64,000 bases of DNA, taken from the NCBI GenBank assembly GCA_050951325.1, contig JBMNIW010000006.1, positions 1 to 64,000 on the forward strand, written 5' to 3'. The notes beneath the pieces were generated by a model. The model was not told the origin of the DNA. It searched no databases and was given only the letters and a program-made list of their open reading frames with translations. This document shows positions 8,747 through 19,201 of this stretch, one piece after another. The stretch comes from Clostridia bacterium (GTDB lineage Bacteria; Bacillota; Clostridia; UBA1212; DUPL01). Position numbers and translations under genes: made by a program. Every line of letters starts with the position of its first letter. Position 1 is the stretch's first letter.

Positions 8747-10069
8747 ATGAAGATACAAAGAAAAGTATTGACCTTAATACTTGTTGCCCTTTTGTTTTTC
8801 ATTGCAGGATGCGGCAAGGAAAAGCAAAGCGGCACTGAAACACCAACCCCAAAGCCAACCGAAGTGGAAGATACAACTCCTGCCTCAACACCGACACCTG
8901 CACCTACCTCAACAGCCGAGGAATCCTCTAGGATTGAGGAATGGCTGGAAAATACAACAGATGCGGACAAAGTCATACTAACATATGATCAAATCAAGGA
9001 ATACAACAAGAAGCTTGTTGATAAAAGCCAGCACCTTATTGATATTCTGGAAGCAGAAGTTGTTGTAAACGGAAACACTGTTAAGGATTATATTAATGGC
9101 TCATACATCCCAAGTCTTCCGAAGTATGATAAATCAGGTGAAATAACCAATCAGGATGTTGTAGAAATTAAAAAGAACTTTAACACAGACGCCATACCAG
9201 CTCAGGTGGAGGCAAAGTACGGAGTAATCGTTTACAGAGCTGATTTGAAGTCCATACCTACAAGGCTGGGATTCTACGACTCTCCGACTGATGAATATTA
9301 CGATAGAATTCAAGAAACCGAGCTGCCAATTGGCATGCCTGTACTGGTACTGCATGAAAGCCTTGACAAGGACTTTCTTTACATCCAGACATATTTCTAC
9401 AGAGGATGGATCAGAGCCGATGCGGTAGCCATATGTGAATCAAGAGATGCATGGCTTGAATTTGCGGACCTGAAGGAATTCATAACAATTACAACTACTC
9501 TTCTTCCTGTAGGGAAAAAAGGAGCAAAGGCGGATATGGGCTGTGCATTCCCTCTTGTAAAGGAAAACAATGATAGTTATACGGTAAAGCTGCCTGAAAG
9601 AAATAACGATGGCAAACTAGAAGTAGTAGAAACGGACATATCCAAGAAAGATGCGGTAAAGGGTTATCTCCCCTACACCAAAGGCAATTTTATAACTCTG
9701 GCGCTAAAGTTTGTTGGCACGCCCTACGGCTGGGGCGGACTTAACGAAGGGCACGACTGCTCAGGATATCTGGTATGCGTGTTCCGTACATTCGGCTTCA
9801 AATTCCCAAGGAATACAAGCCAGCAGTCAGGAGTCATAGGCGATGAAGTCATAAATTTAGAAGGTCTTTCAAAGGATGACATTATCGAAAAAGTAAGCGA
9901 AATTGAACATCCTGCTTGTTTATTCAAGAAAGGACATGTACTTCTCTACCTGGGTGTGCTGGATGATGTTCCATACATCGTACACTCTCCATCTGGTGGC
10001 CAGTATGTTACAGAAGAGCCATTGGAAAATGTAATATCAAACCTTGTAAATGCAACGATTATTAAATAG
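8747..10069 (+). CDS. SH3/NlpC-P60 cell-wall peptidase lipoprotein
   Basis: Lipobox IAGC, PT-rich linker, PYGWGG..DCSGY catalytic Cys, GHVLLY His, IVH. Confidence 0.88.
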   Translation: MKIQRKVLTLILVALLFFIAGCGKEKQSGTETPTPKPTEVEDTTPASTPTPAPTSTAEESSRIEEWLENTTDADKVILTYDQIKEYNKKLVDKSQHLIDILEAEVVVNGNTVKDYINGSYIPSLPKYDKSGEITNQDVVEIKKNFNTDAIPAQVEAKYGVIVYRADLKSIPTRLGFYDSPTDEYYDRIQETELPIGMPVLVLHESLDKDFLYIQTYFYRGWIRADAVAICESRDAWLEFADLKEFITITTTLLPVGKKGAKADMGCAFPLVKENNDSYTVKLPERNNDGKLEVVETDISKKDAVKGYLPYTKGNFITLALKFVGTPYGWGGLNEGHDCSGYLVCVFRTFGFKFPRNTSQQSGVIGDEVINLEGLSKDDIIEKVSEIEHPACLFKKGHVLLYLGVLDDVPYIVHSPSGGQYVTEEPLENVISNLVNATIIK

Positions 10070-10074
10070 CTTGA

Positions 10075-10098
10075 AACCTCCTGTTTAAACAGGAGGTT
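10075..10098. terminator. Bidirectional terminator between the NlpC gene and tRNA
   Basis: AACCTCCTGT / ACAGGAGGTT inverted repeat. Confidence 0.75.
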
Positions 10099-10110
10099 AT
10101 ATAATTTGGC

Positions 10111-10185
10111 TGGCGTTCCGGATGGGAATCGAACCCATATCAACAGAGTCGGAGTCTGTTATCTTATCCATTGGACTACCGGAAC
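10111..10185 (-). tRNA. tRNA-Arg(CCG)
   Basis: Acceptor stem GTTCCGG/CCGGAAC, anticodon arm ACAGA-CTCCGAC-TCTGT, GGTTCGATTCC T-arm, encoded CCA. Confidence 0.95.
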
Positions 10186-10240
10186 ATCCATACTAGTATA
10201 CTTTATTTTATCCACTATTACAAGATATCTAACTATCAGA

Positions 10241-10264
10241 AAAGCCCGTGCAAGCACGGGCTTT
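10241..10264 (-). terminator. Intrinsic terminator
   Basis: AAAGCCCGTGC / GCACGGGCTTT. Confidence 0.75.
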
Positions 10265-10292
10265 GCAATTACATAAATTCAGCTTCCTTAAA

Positions 10293-10919
10293 CTACTTTT
10301 TCTTATTGAACACAATAGCCAATGCAATGCCGGTACCTACTACAATCACGCCTCCAACCACTGCAACTATAGCTATGGTGTTTAAGCCTCCATCACTGTC
10401 ATCATCCGAATCTTGCGATTTTGTTGATGTAGGTTGGGGTTTTGGCTCTTCTGTCGCAGACTGTTCATCAGATTGGGTTGGTGCAGGTGTGGGTTTTTCT
10501 GTAGGTTCTGGTGTCGCTTCACGCTCACTCAGCAGATTAAGGTTGTCAATATGAACAACTTTGTTTCTGGTTGCAATTGCAAGCTGACTGCCATCAGCAC
10601 TAAGCCTTGCATTGTTAATGTTGAGAATTTCCTCACCTGACGCATTTGTCACTACAGCAGTCTTGTAATACCTGTTGCTATCGTACTCATCCTCTTCGTA
10701 TACTCCAGGATTTGACATTGTCACGGTTGCCAGCAACTTGTTGTTGATAAAGATTTCAACCTTGTCGCTTCCGTTATCTACGAACTTGACATTGAAGAAC
10801 TTGGTTGGATCAGTGGCTTCTGGCCAGTCAAGGTCGTAGTAGGCGGTTCCAACATTTATACCATCCGGCTCATACGTCTTTATATTAATCCTAATCTTGC
10901 TGGAACCCAGAGGCATTAA
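10293..10919 (-). pseudogene. 3' half of a membrane-anchored surface protein gene, truncated at the IS605 right end (paralog of 47448-48524)
   Basis: Homology to the 47448 protein (PDGIN/PDGLN, KVEIF, PGVYEEDE, NAR...GSQ.AI..RN), PT linker, C-terminal TM + KKK. The first ~19 codons of the listed ORF are IS DNA. Confidence 0.8.
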
Positions 10920-11075
10920 CTGAAACTCTGCGTGGCTAAAGCCAGCAGGTTCTAACGTACTTTCCAACTTCTGCACTAACCCGAAAGTATAGTGCCACTA
11001 ATTGGTTTCCGTTAGACTTTTACCACCAATTGTTCCTACGAACAAATTAACGGTAGTTTAGGCTCGTTTCAAAAC
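10920..11075 (-). ncRNA. Putative TnpB omega/reRNA scaffold
   Basis: Non-coding segment between tnpB stop and RE with nested stems (TTGTTC/GAACAA, TCTAACG/CGTTAGA, GCACTA/TAGTGC, RE hairpin); TATAAT at 11078-11083. Confidence 0.6.
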
Positions 11076-11088
11076 CCATTATATAAAC

Positions 11089-12546
11089 TCATATTACATT
11101 CTTTAATGCTTGTCTTACTTCACTATTATTTAATCTTTCAATTTCTTTATCATGTAGTATTTTAAACCTCTCAAAATCTCGTTTACATTCTTCTTGATTA
11201 ATATTGCATAAATCATCGTTAACGTGCTGTATTAAAAATGCACTATATAAATCCCTTTGTATTTTAATGCCGTTTAAATCATTCCAACGTTGACTTAATT
11301 TTTTCTTATTATATCTGCAATTCAAATGATTATATTGGCTTGCTTTTACTTCTTTAGTATTAACTTTTATAAGTTTTTCACCAAAATATTTTAATTTATT
11401 GTCTAGTATGGTTAATAATTTTGCTGGTGCTTTATTGGCTAAACTTTTACCAAACCGTTTCTTACGTTTAAATTTACCTTTATCGTTCTTTTCAGTTTTC
11501 TTGTTTCGTTTCTGCAATCCTTTAAAATTCATTTCTTCAACTTTTATCTTATTACCGAGAGATAATATATAATTACTTAATAATTGGTGTTGATATTCTC
11601 TTACGTCTGCTTGTTTTCTATATAATTCTCTTAGTTTGTTCTGTGCTTTAATATATCTATTAGATTTGACCCATTTAAGTTTACCTTTTTTTATTGTACC
11701 ATCTTCATTAAAATTATCAGGATTATTAGCACGTCTGCTTCTATCCATATACCTCAAAATTCTACGCTTTTCTTTTTCAATATTATTTACTCTATCGGCT
11801 AATTCTAATAATTTTACATCTACATTTGATACTATTGCTATTGTTTGAGTACCAATATCTAACCCCACTGTACCATTTCCTATATGTCTTTTAACCTCAC
11901 CATCTTTATTTATCTTCATAGGAGGTACACCTTTGAATACTATTTGAAGATAATATTTGTATTTACCTTTTATAAATCTACGTTTAATTCTACAATAGCA
12001 TATTTCATCTTTTAGTGCTTGGTACTCATAAGGATTATTATAATCTATTTTTACAGATATTTTTAACCCATTCCATATAAGAAAACCATCTTTAAATCTT
12101 ATGCCTGTTTTATTGCTTTTACCTTCAAGAGAATCTAATTCTCCATATTTTTTGAAGTGTACTATTTCACCATCTCCAAACAATAAATCTTCAAATGCAC
12201 TCCATACTCTTGTTGCTATTTTTTGTGCTGTGAAACTATCTATATTTTCCGAGAAATGATGTTGCATTTCTTGTATATCTTCATGTAGTGAATATTCATT
12301 GAGCCTATATTGCTTATACATTTCATTTAATTGCTTATATAATAGTTTCTTCTCTTTTTCATTTGCATTATTAATTTGCTCCTTTAACTGCCTATATTTT
12401 TTAGTTTCAATCATAGATTTATAACGTTTATATGCTTTAGATAATACAGCATTGTATAATTGTCTGCTAATTTCAAAACGCTTATTTAAAATAGTTTCTT
12501 GATACTTTTCAGTTATTAATGGAAATGTTACACAATATCGACTCAT
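11089..12546 (-). CDS. tnpB: TnpB RNA-guided endonuclease (long, 485 aa)
   Basis: RQLYN wedge-region motif, RuvC-I VGLDIG, RuvC-II VEEMNF, RuvC-III QRDLYSAF; adjacent to tnpA. Confidence 0.88.
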   Translation of the reverse strand: MSRYCVTFPLITEKYQETILNKRFEISRQLYNAVLSKAYKRYKSMIETKKYRQLKEQINNANEKEKKLLYKQLNEMYKQYRLNEYSLHEDIQEMQHHFSENIDSFTAQKIATRVWSAFEDLLFGDGEIVHFKKYGELDSLEGKSNKTGIRFKDGFLIWNGLKISVKIDYNNPYEYQALKDEICYCRIKRRFIKGKYKYYLQIVFKGVPPMKINKDGEVKRHIGNGTVGLDIGTQTIAIVSNVDVKLLELADRVNNIEKEKRRILRYMDRSRRANNPDNFNEDGTIKKGKLKWVKSNRYIKAQNKLRELYRKQADVREYQHQLLSNYILSLGNKIKVEEMNFKGLQKRNKKTEKNDKGKFKRKKRFGKSLANKAPAKLLTILDNKLKYFGEKLIKVNTKEVKASQYNHLNCRYNKKKLSQRWNDLNGIKIQRDLYSAFLIQHVNDDLCNINQEECKRDFERFKILHDKEIERLNNSEVRQALKNVI

Positions 12547-12563
12547 AAATATTCACCACCTTT

Positions 12564-12962
12564 CTATACGTTTTTTTGATTTTCTATATATTTTTGTATT
12601 GTTTCTTCTGAAATATATCCTATAGTGCAACAAAAATAACTTCGTGTCCAAAGAGAAGGTATTCTACTTCTTAACTCTGGATATTTATTTCTTAATATCC
12701 TACTACTTGTTCCTTTAAAATATCTTATTAATTCATGCAGTGGTTGTCGTGGGTCAAAACTTATAAACATATGAACATGGTCGGGCATTATTTCTAATGC
12801 TTTTATTTCAACATTCTTTTCTTTTGCAATATCATAAAATATTTGTCTTAAATCTTTTTCAATATTACCAACCAATACTTTCCTTCTATATTTAGGACAA
12901 AACACTATATGATATTGGTTAAGATATACAATACCTTCTTTGTGTATATATTTATCATTCAT
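12564..12962 (-). CDS. tnpA: IS200/IS605 Y1 HUH transposase
   Basis: YHIVFCPKYRR, DHVHMF (HUH), KGTSSR, LWTRSYF, catalytic Y in IQKYIENQ. Confidence 0.96.
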   Translation of the reverse strand: MNDKYIHKEGIVYLNQYHIVFCPKYRRKVLVGNIEKDLRQIFYDIAKEKNVEIKALEIMPDHVHMFISFDPRQPLHELIRYFKGTSSRILRNKYPELRSRIPSLWTRSYFCCTIGYISEETIQKYIENQKNV

Positions 12963-13107
12963 TAGATATTCACCACCTATCTAATTATAATATAGCATAA
13001 TATTAGATGGGTGTCAAGTATCTAATAAGCCTTCATCCCAACGACTAAAGTCGTGGGCTTTCGGCTAAGTTTTCTGTAAATATATTTTTTTGTAGTTTCT
13101 AATTGTA

Positions 13108-15697
13108 TTATTTGCCTTTTCTCTTCCTTAGCACCACAAAAACAACAACTTCAAGTGCTACAAGCAAAACAACCACAATAACTATTGCCACAACCAGATT
13201 GCTCTTTTCAGAAAGTATAGGATTGGTGCTTGTGGTATATTCGGAACCTATATACCTGAACTTGAAACGGTCATTGGGCGCTGCATCTCCAAGGTCCATA
13301 AACTGCATGACATCTCCTGTTGTGGTGGAGTTGTCTGCCCATTTAAAGTCAAAGGAAGCAATCTTATCCTTTATACCTAATACGTTCTTTGGAACGCTTA
13401 TCATCATGTATTGGCCATTTATAGTGTATCTGGCTTCTCCAACCTTTTCAAACTCCCAGCTGTTGTTTTTAAATCTTTCAATGGTGCATTTACCGTTAGA
13501 GCCCGACCTGTTGATTATGAAATCATAACCTTCCCATCCAGTTTTATGGCTTTGGTCAAGGTCAATAAACAAATTCATCCAGTTAGGACCATCAGCATGA
13601 ACGATGTCCCTCACTGTCTTTACCAGAAAATATATGTTATCCTTGTCCTGGGATACTTTCGCATAATCAAAGTCGTTTCTTCCGGTATTGTTAATATATC
13701 TGAAGTCAAGATCGTACGAAGGTTCATTTCTGAACTTTGTATCCCCTATTGTATCCCTGAACTCAGGACCAATATCATCCCACTGGGATATGTCCCCATC
13801 AATATTAATGGTTTTCTGATTCTTCGCCTTTTCTATCTCGTTCAATCCCTTGAACTGCCTTACATACCCTGTCATTTGATAGTAGAAGTTGTCTCCAAAA
13901 CCCACGCCATCGCGTATCTTCATGGGTTCTCCGTCCCTTGAGAACTCCGGATTGAACTGATCCACGTATGTGTATCCGTTGACAGGAGTATTGGCAAAAT
14001 AATTCAGGTGATCTCCTGTTGGTTTTCCTGCAATCCATTCGTTCCAGCCTGTTATCATGATTACAGGAGGGATCCAGTTCCAAGGCAGATTCAAACTGTT
14101 GTTTAAAGGACAAACCATACCTTGCAGTATCCGATGAAAACTCAAAGTCTTCTTTTCCGTTGTTGGGCTGTTTGCCGCTTACATAGCTTCTTCCCTTGCT
14201 GGCTGATGGATGGTGACCCATTGTAACAGCCACCTGTTCAAATACTCCTTCAAAGCTTCTTCCTTTTGCCTGTGGATACTCCATAATCCAGTTCCAGTAT
14301 CCATCCACATCCTTCCATGCCCAGCTGCCTCTCAGCGTAAACTTTTCATTGATCAACTTCTGCATGTCTTCAGTCAAACCATTTGGATTTCCAAAAATGA
14401 GAGGCTTGCCTTCCCATTTGAAGAAAAGCTCTTCATATTTATCCCAATTCTCGTCACTGTAGACAGTTCTGCGAAGCTGTCTCAGATGGGAACCAAGTCT
14501 TCCTTCCGCATCTCCAGTCAAAAACATGATTTGTGGAGTCTTGAATCCTTCCTTCCTCATCTGAAGCCAGGTATCAAACAACAGTGTATGAGCTTCATTA
14601 AAAGTGGGCTCGTTGGAGATGTCAATGAAGATAAAGTCAATTCCTGCAGCAGACAGCATGTATGCATGTTTTCTATACACCCATGCATCCGTGTTTCTGT
14701 AATAACCGAAATACGGTTCTGCCCAGTATCCTTCTCCACCTTGGGTTTCCAGGAACTGTTTTAGCCCATCTATTCCTCTTTCCAAATAAATCTTTGTATT
14801 ATCCTGTACTTTAAGGCCGGCACCTGTTACGCAGATGAAGTAAAAGATTCCCACATACCTGTCTTTTCTAACTCCACCTACCTCTTCGTAGGTAGGGGTG
14901 GTTCTGCCAAGGTCATCTGTTGCAACCCAGTATGAATAATCAACTTCCCTCATCGGTCCTTCAGGAAGAGTCTCATCCACTTCCACATGTCTGAACTTCA
15001 CATTGTCCAAATATCCATGGAAGTTCCTTGGTATCATGTTAAAGTAGCCTGTAGGATAAATCTTTGATTCTTCCGTTGAATCTATTACATTACCTGATTT
15101 GTCTGTAAATGCAAGGTATCCCTTTTCATCGTACAGAATCTTTGCTGCCAAACTGCCGTCGACAAGGATTTCAATTTCCTTTCTATTGTCGTTTATCCTG
15201 TACTTATGCTCCTTGTTTACCTCAACAGGAATATCAATGCTTGCAGATATGCCGCTTTCCTTTTCCTCAATTATCAGTTTGCCCGCTTTAAATGCAAGCC
15301 AGATACCGGGTTTGTCCAGTGTGGCAGAAACTCTCTGCAGCCTTATACCAAGCACCAGTTCTCCATTGTTGTCTTTCTGCAGCATGTCAAACTCAAGAAA
15401 TCCGTCTTCAAGACCGTAACTATCACCTAAGCACACACTGCTGCCAAACCTGAAGCTTTTTCCGCCTTTGGCGTACATTCTTCCATCCTTTAATTCCATG
15501 TTTGCCCTGTCTTCTATTACCAAAGCATCATGGGTCAGATAATAGCTTAGTTTCGTTTCCTCAAAATCAAATTCATAATCAATCACATTAATTTCATACC
15601 ATCTTAGCTTTTCGTTATCCTGATTTGCACTGGCGTTTACCAAAGTTACAAACAGGTACACCAATACAAAAAATAAGCTTGTTATCCTGTTCCTCAT
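13108..15697 (-). CDS. Large membrane-anchored glycoside-hydrolase-like protein (GH99/GH71-like TIM barrel), split by a +1 frameshift at ~14069-14071
   Basis: Signal peptide; VGIFYF, YWAEPYFGYYRNTDAWVYRKHA..AGIDFIFID; ELDP|PVIMITGWNEW continues in the second ORF; C-terminal TM + RKRK. Confidence 0.7.
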
Positions 15698-15799
15698 TTG
15701 TCTCCTCCTTCTTGTAAATAACGTTTGAACAATTTTATACTGAAACAGTAATAACAAGCTATGAAATATATCCATATATTTGTATTTTTTAACTATTTT

Positions 15800-17803
15800 T
15801 TAATTAGTTTTTATACTAAACATCATTACTCCCACTCCACCTTCTGCCAGGAATATGGGTAAACCGGCTGGTGAGTTGGCTGTAGTTGCCACATATACAA
15901 TCTTATACCTTCCATCCTCGGTTCTTTCTATTTCCCCTGTTCCATTTATTGTAGACATGCCAAGGAAATATACATTTCTGTTGTTTGAAGTAATTGGATC
16001 TTTAATGTCAACAGCGGCAAGAAGGAAATCCTTGTTGGAATGCCAGTTAAGACCATCTCTTGACATGTTGAAGGTAGGCACCGTTCTCTTTCCGTCTTCA
16101 TCTTCAATGGTGGCAAATGTAATCCGCAGATATATTTTCTCACCATTTTCGTCATACAGATATCCTATCTGGTTGCCAATCTGGCCAAGACCGCTGGTTC
16201 TTTCTCTTTCCTGCCAGTCAAATCTGCAAGGCACATTACTTCTTATCCTCACATGACCAGAGAATGTACCATCCACATGATGTCCCACATACAAGTGCCA
16301 GGGTTTCCCATCCGGATCATCCGCCACATATATTAATTCTTCATGGTTGAATCCTATCTCGTCATTCTGAACATTCACGATTACAGGTTCGTCAATCTGT
16401 CTCTCCCAATTGATACCGTCTTTTGATTTTGAATAGCCAATTTTGTCCCCATACTTCCCGTTGGGAGTCACATACGTACACTGCCACAACATGTGATAAA
16501 CGCCATCTGCATATACAACTTCGGGTTCCAGTGTATTCTTAATCCACCAGCCTTCTTTTCCTTCTTCCCATCCTAAATAAAACATGGGGCCTTCTATTCT
16601 TCTTTTCCAGTCAATACCGTCCTTGGACCAATAGAACATGACATGGTCGCCATCCCCATGTTCAACTGCCGTGGTGTTTAAATCATACCATCTGCCTCCT
16701 GCATACATTATGTATCCGTCTTCCATTTTCATAACATGCATGGAATAGTCGTATGCAGGCTCCTCATCCTGCAACAGCCAGTTTAAATATATGTGGTTTT
16801 TGTACTTTGTTATCAATGCTATGTCTGGTATTCTGTCACCATTTGTATCTCCTGTTGATACGGATACAATATTGCTGATGCTTTCTATCGCATATTCTCC
16901 AAAAAGGTTTTTGTAATATCTTGTGCTTTTCTCCTTTTCGGTAGGACCAAAGCCACCATTTCCTCTCCCAAAAAGCGTCCTTATAAAATAACGCCTTCCT
17001 TCCTTGTATACAACAACAATATCGGTAAAACTGTCCGTATTCATATCTCCTGCAGCAACATCTATCACATTTTTGGGTAAAAGATATATGTCTTTTGTCT
17101 TGTTCTTCTCAAAACCCTTACCGGTATTTATGTACGATGTTGCCTTGCTGCCTTTTATGGTAACTATGTCGCACAAACCATCACCATTTACATCTCCTGC
17201 CAAAACCTTTTCCTTCTTGGGTCGAATATTACTGGCATACACCTTCTTCTCAAAGCCTCCGTCTTTCTGATCCAATATGCAGATTATTCCTTTGTCGTTG
17301 ACAAACAATAAATCCACATAATCATCGTCATTAAAGAAACCCGTTCCATAAAAATTACTACCAACACCCACATCAAAAACATTGTCCACCGTGAAGTACT
17401 CCATCTCGCCAAGAGCTTCCCAGATTACAACCTTGCCATCCTTGTAGAACAGGATGTCGTCATACAGATCTCCATTGAAGGAATCCATATAAATCTTCTC
17501 GATATCCTTAAGCTTGAGATTGCTTGAGTACTCCTCAAAGCTTCTGCAGTATTGCATGAAATCCCTGTTGATTGCAGAATCATGACCATAAAACACACTG
17601 TCGTAGGTCAATTCAAAACCAAGTTCCTCCACTGCTACAGTGTTTGATCTTTTGGTCGCTTTCTCCTTGTATACACCTGCAAGCTCAATACTGCCAGCAG
17701 TTCTTGGAGCATAATCCTTCAAAGGTGCTTTGGAAAGGTCCGGACTGCATGATGAAAACAGTATCACAAGGATAAACATGTGGATCAGTATGAGTCTTTT
17801 CAA
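15800..17803 (-). CDS. Lipoprotein with FG-GAP/VCBS repeats and a C-terminal GH43/GH32-like beta-propeller
   Basis: Lipobox FSSC; repeated GDxNGDGxxDI motifs; SKDGIDW/SKDGINW/SRDGLNW boxes; EPEVVYADGVYHM. Confidence 0.7.
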   Translation of the reverse strand: MKRLILIHMFILVILFSSCSPDLSKAPLKDYAPRTAGSIELAGVYKEKATKRSNTVAVEELGFELTYDSVFYGHDSAINRDFMQYCRSFEEYSSNLKLKDIEKIYMDSFNGDLYDDILFYKDGKVVIWEALGEMEYFTVDNVFDVGVGSNFYGTGFFNDDDYVDLLFVNDKGIICILDQKDGGFEKKVYASNIRPKKEKVLAGDVNGDGLCDIVTIKGSKATSYINTGKGFEKNKTKDIYLLPKNVIDVAAGDMNTDSFTDIVVVYKEGRRYFIRTLFGRGNGGFGPTEKEKSTRYYKNLFGEYAIESISNIVSVSTGDTNGDRIPDIALITKYKNHIYLNWLLQDEEPAYDYSMHVMKMEDGYIMYAGGRWYDLNTTAVEHGDGDHVMFYWSKDGIDWKRRIEGPMFYLGWEEGKEGWWIKNTLEPEVVYADGVYHMLWQCTYVTPNGKYGDKIGYSKSKDGINWERQIDEPVIVNVQNDEIGFNHEELIYVADDPDGKPWHLYVGHHVDGTFSGHVRIRSNVPCRFDWQERERTSGLGQIGNQIGYLYDENGEKIYLRITFATIEDEDGKRTVPTFNMSRDGLNWHSNKDFLLAAVDIKDPITSNNRNVYFLGMSTINGTGEIERTEDGRYKIVYVATTANSPAGLPIFLAEGGVGVMMFSIKTN

Positions 17804-17962
17804 TGGAAACCACTCCTTTTATCGTTTTGGTTGATTCAAGTATATCATGAGGAAAAACTTTTCTGCAAGATTGTCGCTATTTAGTATAAATAAAAGACAT
17901 ATATTCCATGTAAAACTTTAAATCTACCTGTTAGAATAGTCAAAAAATAAAGGAGGTTTGAA

Positions 17963-19174
17963 ATGTTTGCAAGGAAAGTCAAGATAAAAGTTACTCCGTC
18001 AACACTGCAGCCAACCATTTTTGTTTTAAAAATGACAGAAGATGAGTTTAATGAGTTGAATGAATGGAAGCAGGAAGACTGTGACCTTTATCTGGTTGAT
18101 GAATCCACAAAAAAAGAACTGCACTGCCAGATAAGTGATGCTTCACTTGAAGCGACACCAGATGGCAACCTTCGAGACTATTGCATGTACATACTTGTAA
18201 ACAACCTGGAATCAGAAGAAGATACCACATACACCTTCAGTATTAACAAGAGAAAAAAAGAAGAAGTGGTGCTTCCAAATGGCCACTCGTACAACCCATG
18301 GGGCAAAACAAAAGGAGTTTTCCTCGAAAACCAGTTGGATAACAAAAGAGTAATAGTATGCATAAATGGCGCCTTGTTTACAAGATATCTTTATTCCGAA
18401 GATTTGCCTAAACCTTACTTCTATCCACTGATTGGTCCTGCAGGAAAAACACTGATACACGACCAGGCCGATGATCATCTTCATCATCACGGGTTGTGGT
18501 GGGGACACGACAGTGTCAACGGCCATCAGCTGTATCATGAATTCAGAGGCGAAGGAAGGCAAAGGCATGTTAGTTTCCTTTCCTGTTTTAGCGGACCGGT
18601 TTTCGGTCAAATCACCGCCCTCATAGACTGGCAAGCCAACAATGGCGAAAGACTTCTCCGGGAAACCAGAACTATGAGGATATATAATATGCCAAACGAT
18701 TCGAGATATGTTGATCTTGTCTGCCAGCTGCATGCAACCGAAGGTGATGTTGAATTCAGTGACACAAAAGAAGGCGGCTTTCCCTTCGTACGTGTAAATG
18801 AAGAGATAAACGGTCATCACACAGGACAAATACTTTCCTCAAATAATGATGTGGGAGAAAGTAATGTTTTTGGAAAAGAAGCAGACTGGGTTGACTATAC
18901 AGGAAAGATTAAACGAGGTTCTAATTATGTAACAACAGGTCTTTCAGTCTTTGTACATCCAACTTCGGACGATTATCCCGCCAAATGGTTTGTAAGAGAC
19001 TATGGCCCTTTTACCTCATCCAACTTCCATTTCTGCGGTGGCCATACCATAAAGAGAGGAGATAAATACACCTTCAAACAAAGACTCTACATACACAAAA
19101 ATTCTCCTGAAGAAGCATTTGTAAACAGACGCTACGAGGAGTACAAAGAAGTTTTAAAAGCAGTTTTGACATGA
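17963..19174 (+). CDS. PmoA/DUF6807-family protein
   Basis: KPYFYPL..DHLHHHGLWWGH, WVDYTG, WFVRDYG motifs. Confidence 0.75.
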   Translation: MFARKVKIKVTPSTLQPTIFVLKMTEDEFNELNEWKQEDCDLYLVDESTKKELHCQISDASLEATPDGNLRDYCMYILVNNLESEEDTTYTFSINKRKKEEVVLPNGHSYNPWGKTKGVFLENQLDNKRVIVCINGALFTRYLYSEDLPKPYFYPLIGPAGKTLIHDQADDHLHHHGLWWGHDSVNGHQLYHEFRGEGRQRHVSFLSCFSGPVFGQITALIDWQANNGERLLRETRTMRIYNMPNDSRYVDLVCQLHATEGDVEFSDTKEGGFPFVRVNEEINGHHTGQILSSNNDVGESNVFGKEADWVDYTGKIKRGSNYVTTGLSVFVHPTSDDYPAKWFVRDYGPFTSSNFHFCGGHTIKRGDKYTFKQRLYIHKNSPEEAFVNRRYEEYKEVLKAVLT

Positions 19175-19175
19175 A

Positions 19176-19201
19176 AATACCCGGATAACTTTCCGGGTAT
19201 T
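19176..19201. terminator. Bidirectional terminator
   Basis: AATACCCGGA / TCCGGGTATT between convergent genes. Confidence 0.7.

Larger units (their letters stand above)
10920..13075 (-). mobile_element. IS200/IS605-family element (tnpA-tnpB)
   Basis: LE hairpin AAAG-CCCACGACTTTAGTCGTTGGG preceded by TTAC target; RE hairpin GAAC-CTGCTGGCTTTAGCCACGCAG ending in TCAG; markedly lower GC than flanks. Confidence 0.9.

Noticed and set aside
10920-10976. N-terminus of the listed 227-aa ORF (MQKLESTLEPAG...)
   Set aside because: Lies within the IS right end/omega-RNA; fortuitous read-through with no RBS or signal peptide.
11089-12546. TnpB as a Cas12f CRISPR effector or a nuclease-dead TldR
   Set aside because: No CRISPR array seen, tnpA and IS ends are present, and RuvC residues are intact.
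17963-19174. Methane monooxygenase (from the PmoA family name)
   Set aside because: Soluble protein in a sugar locus; the family label does not indicate methanotrophy.
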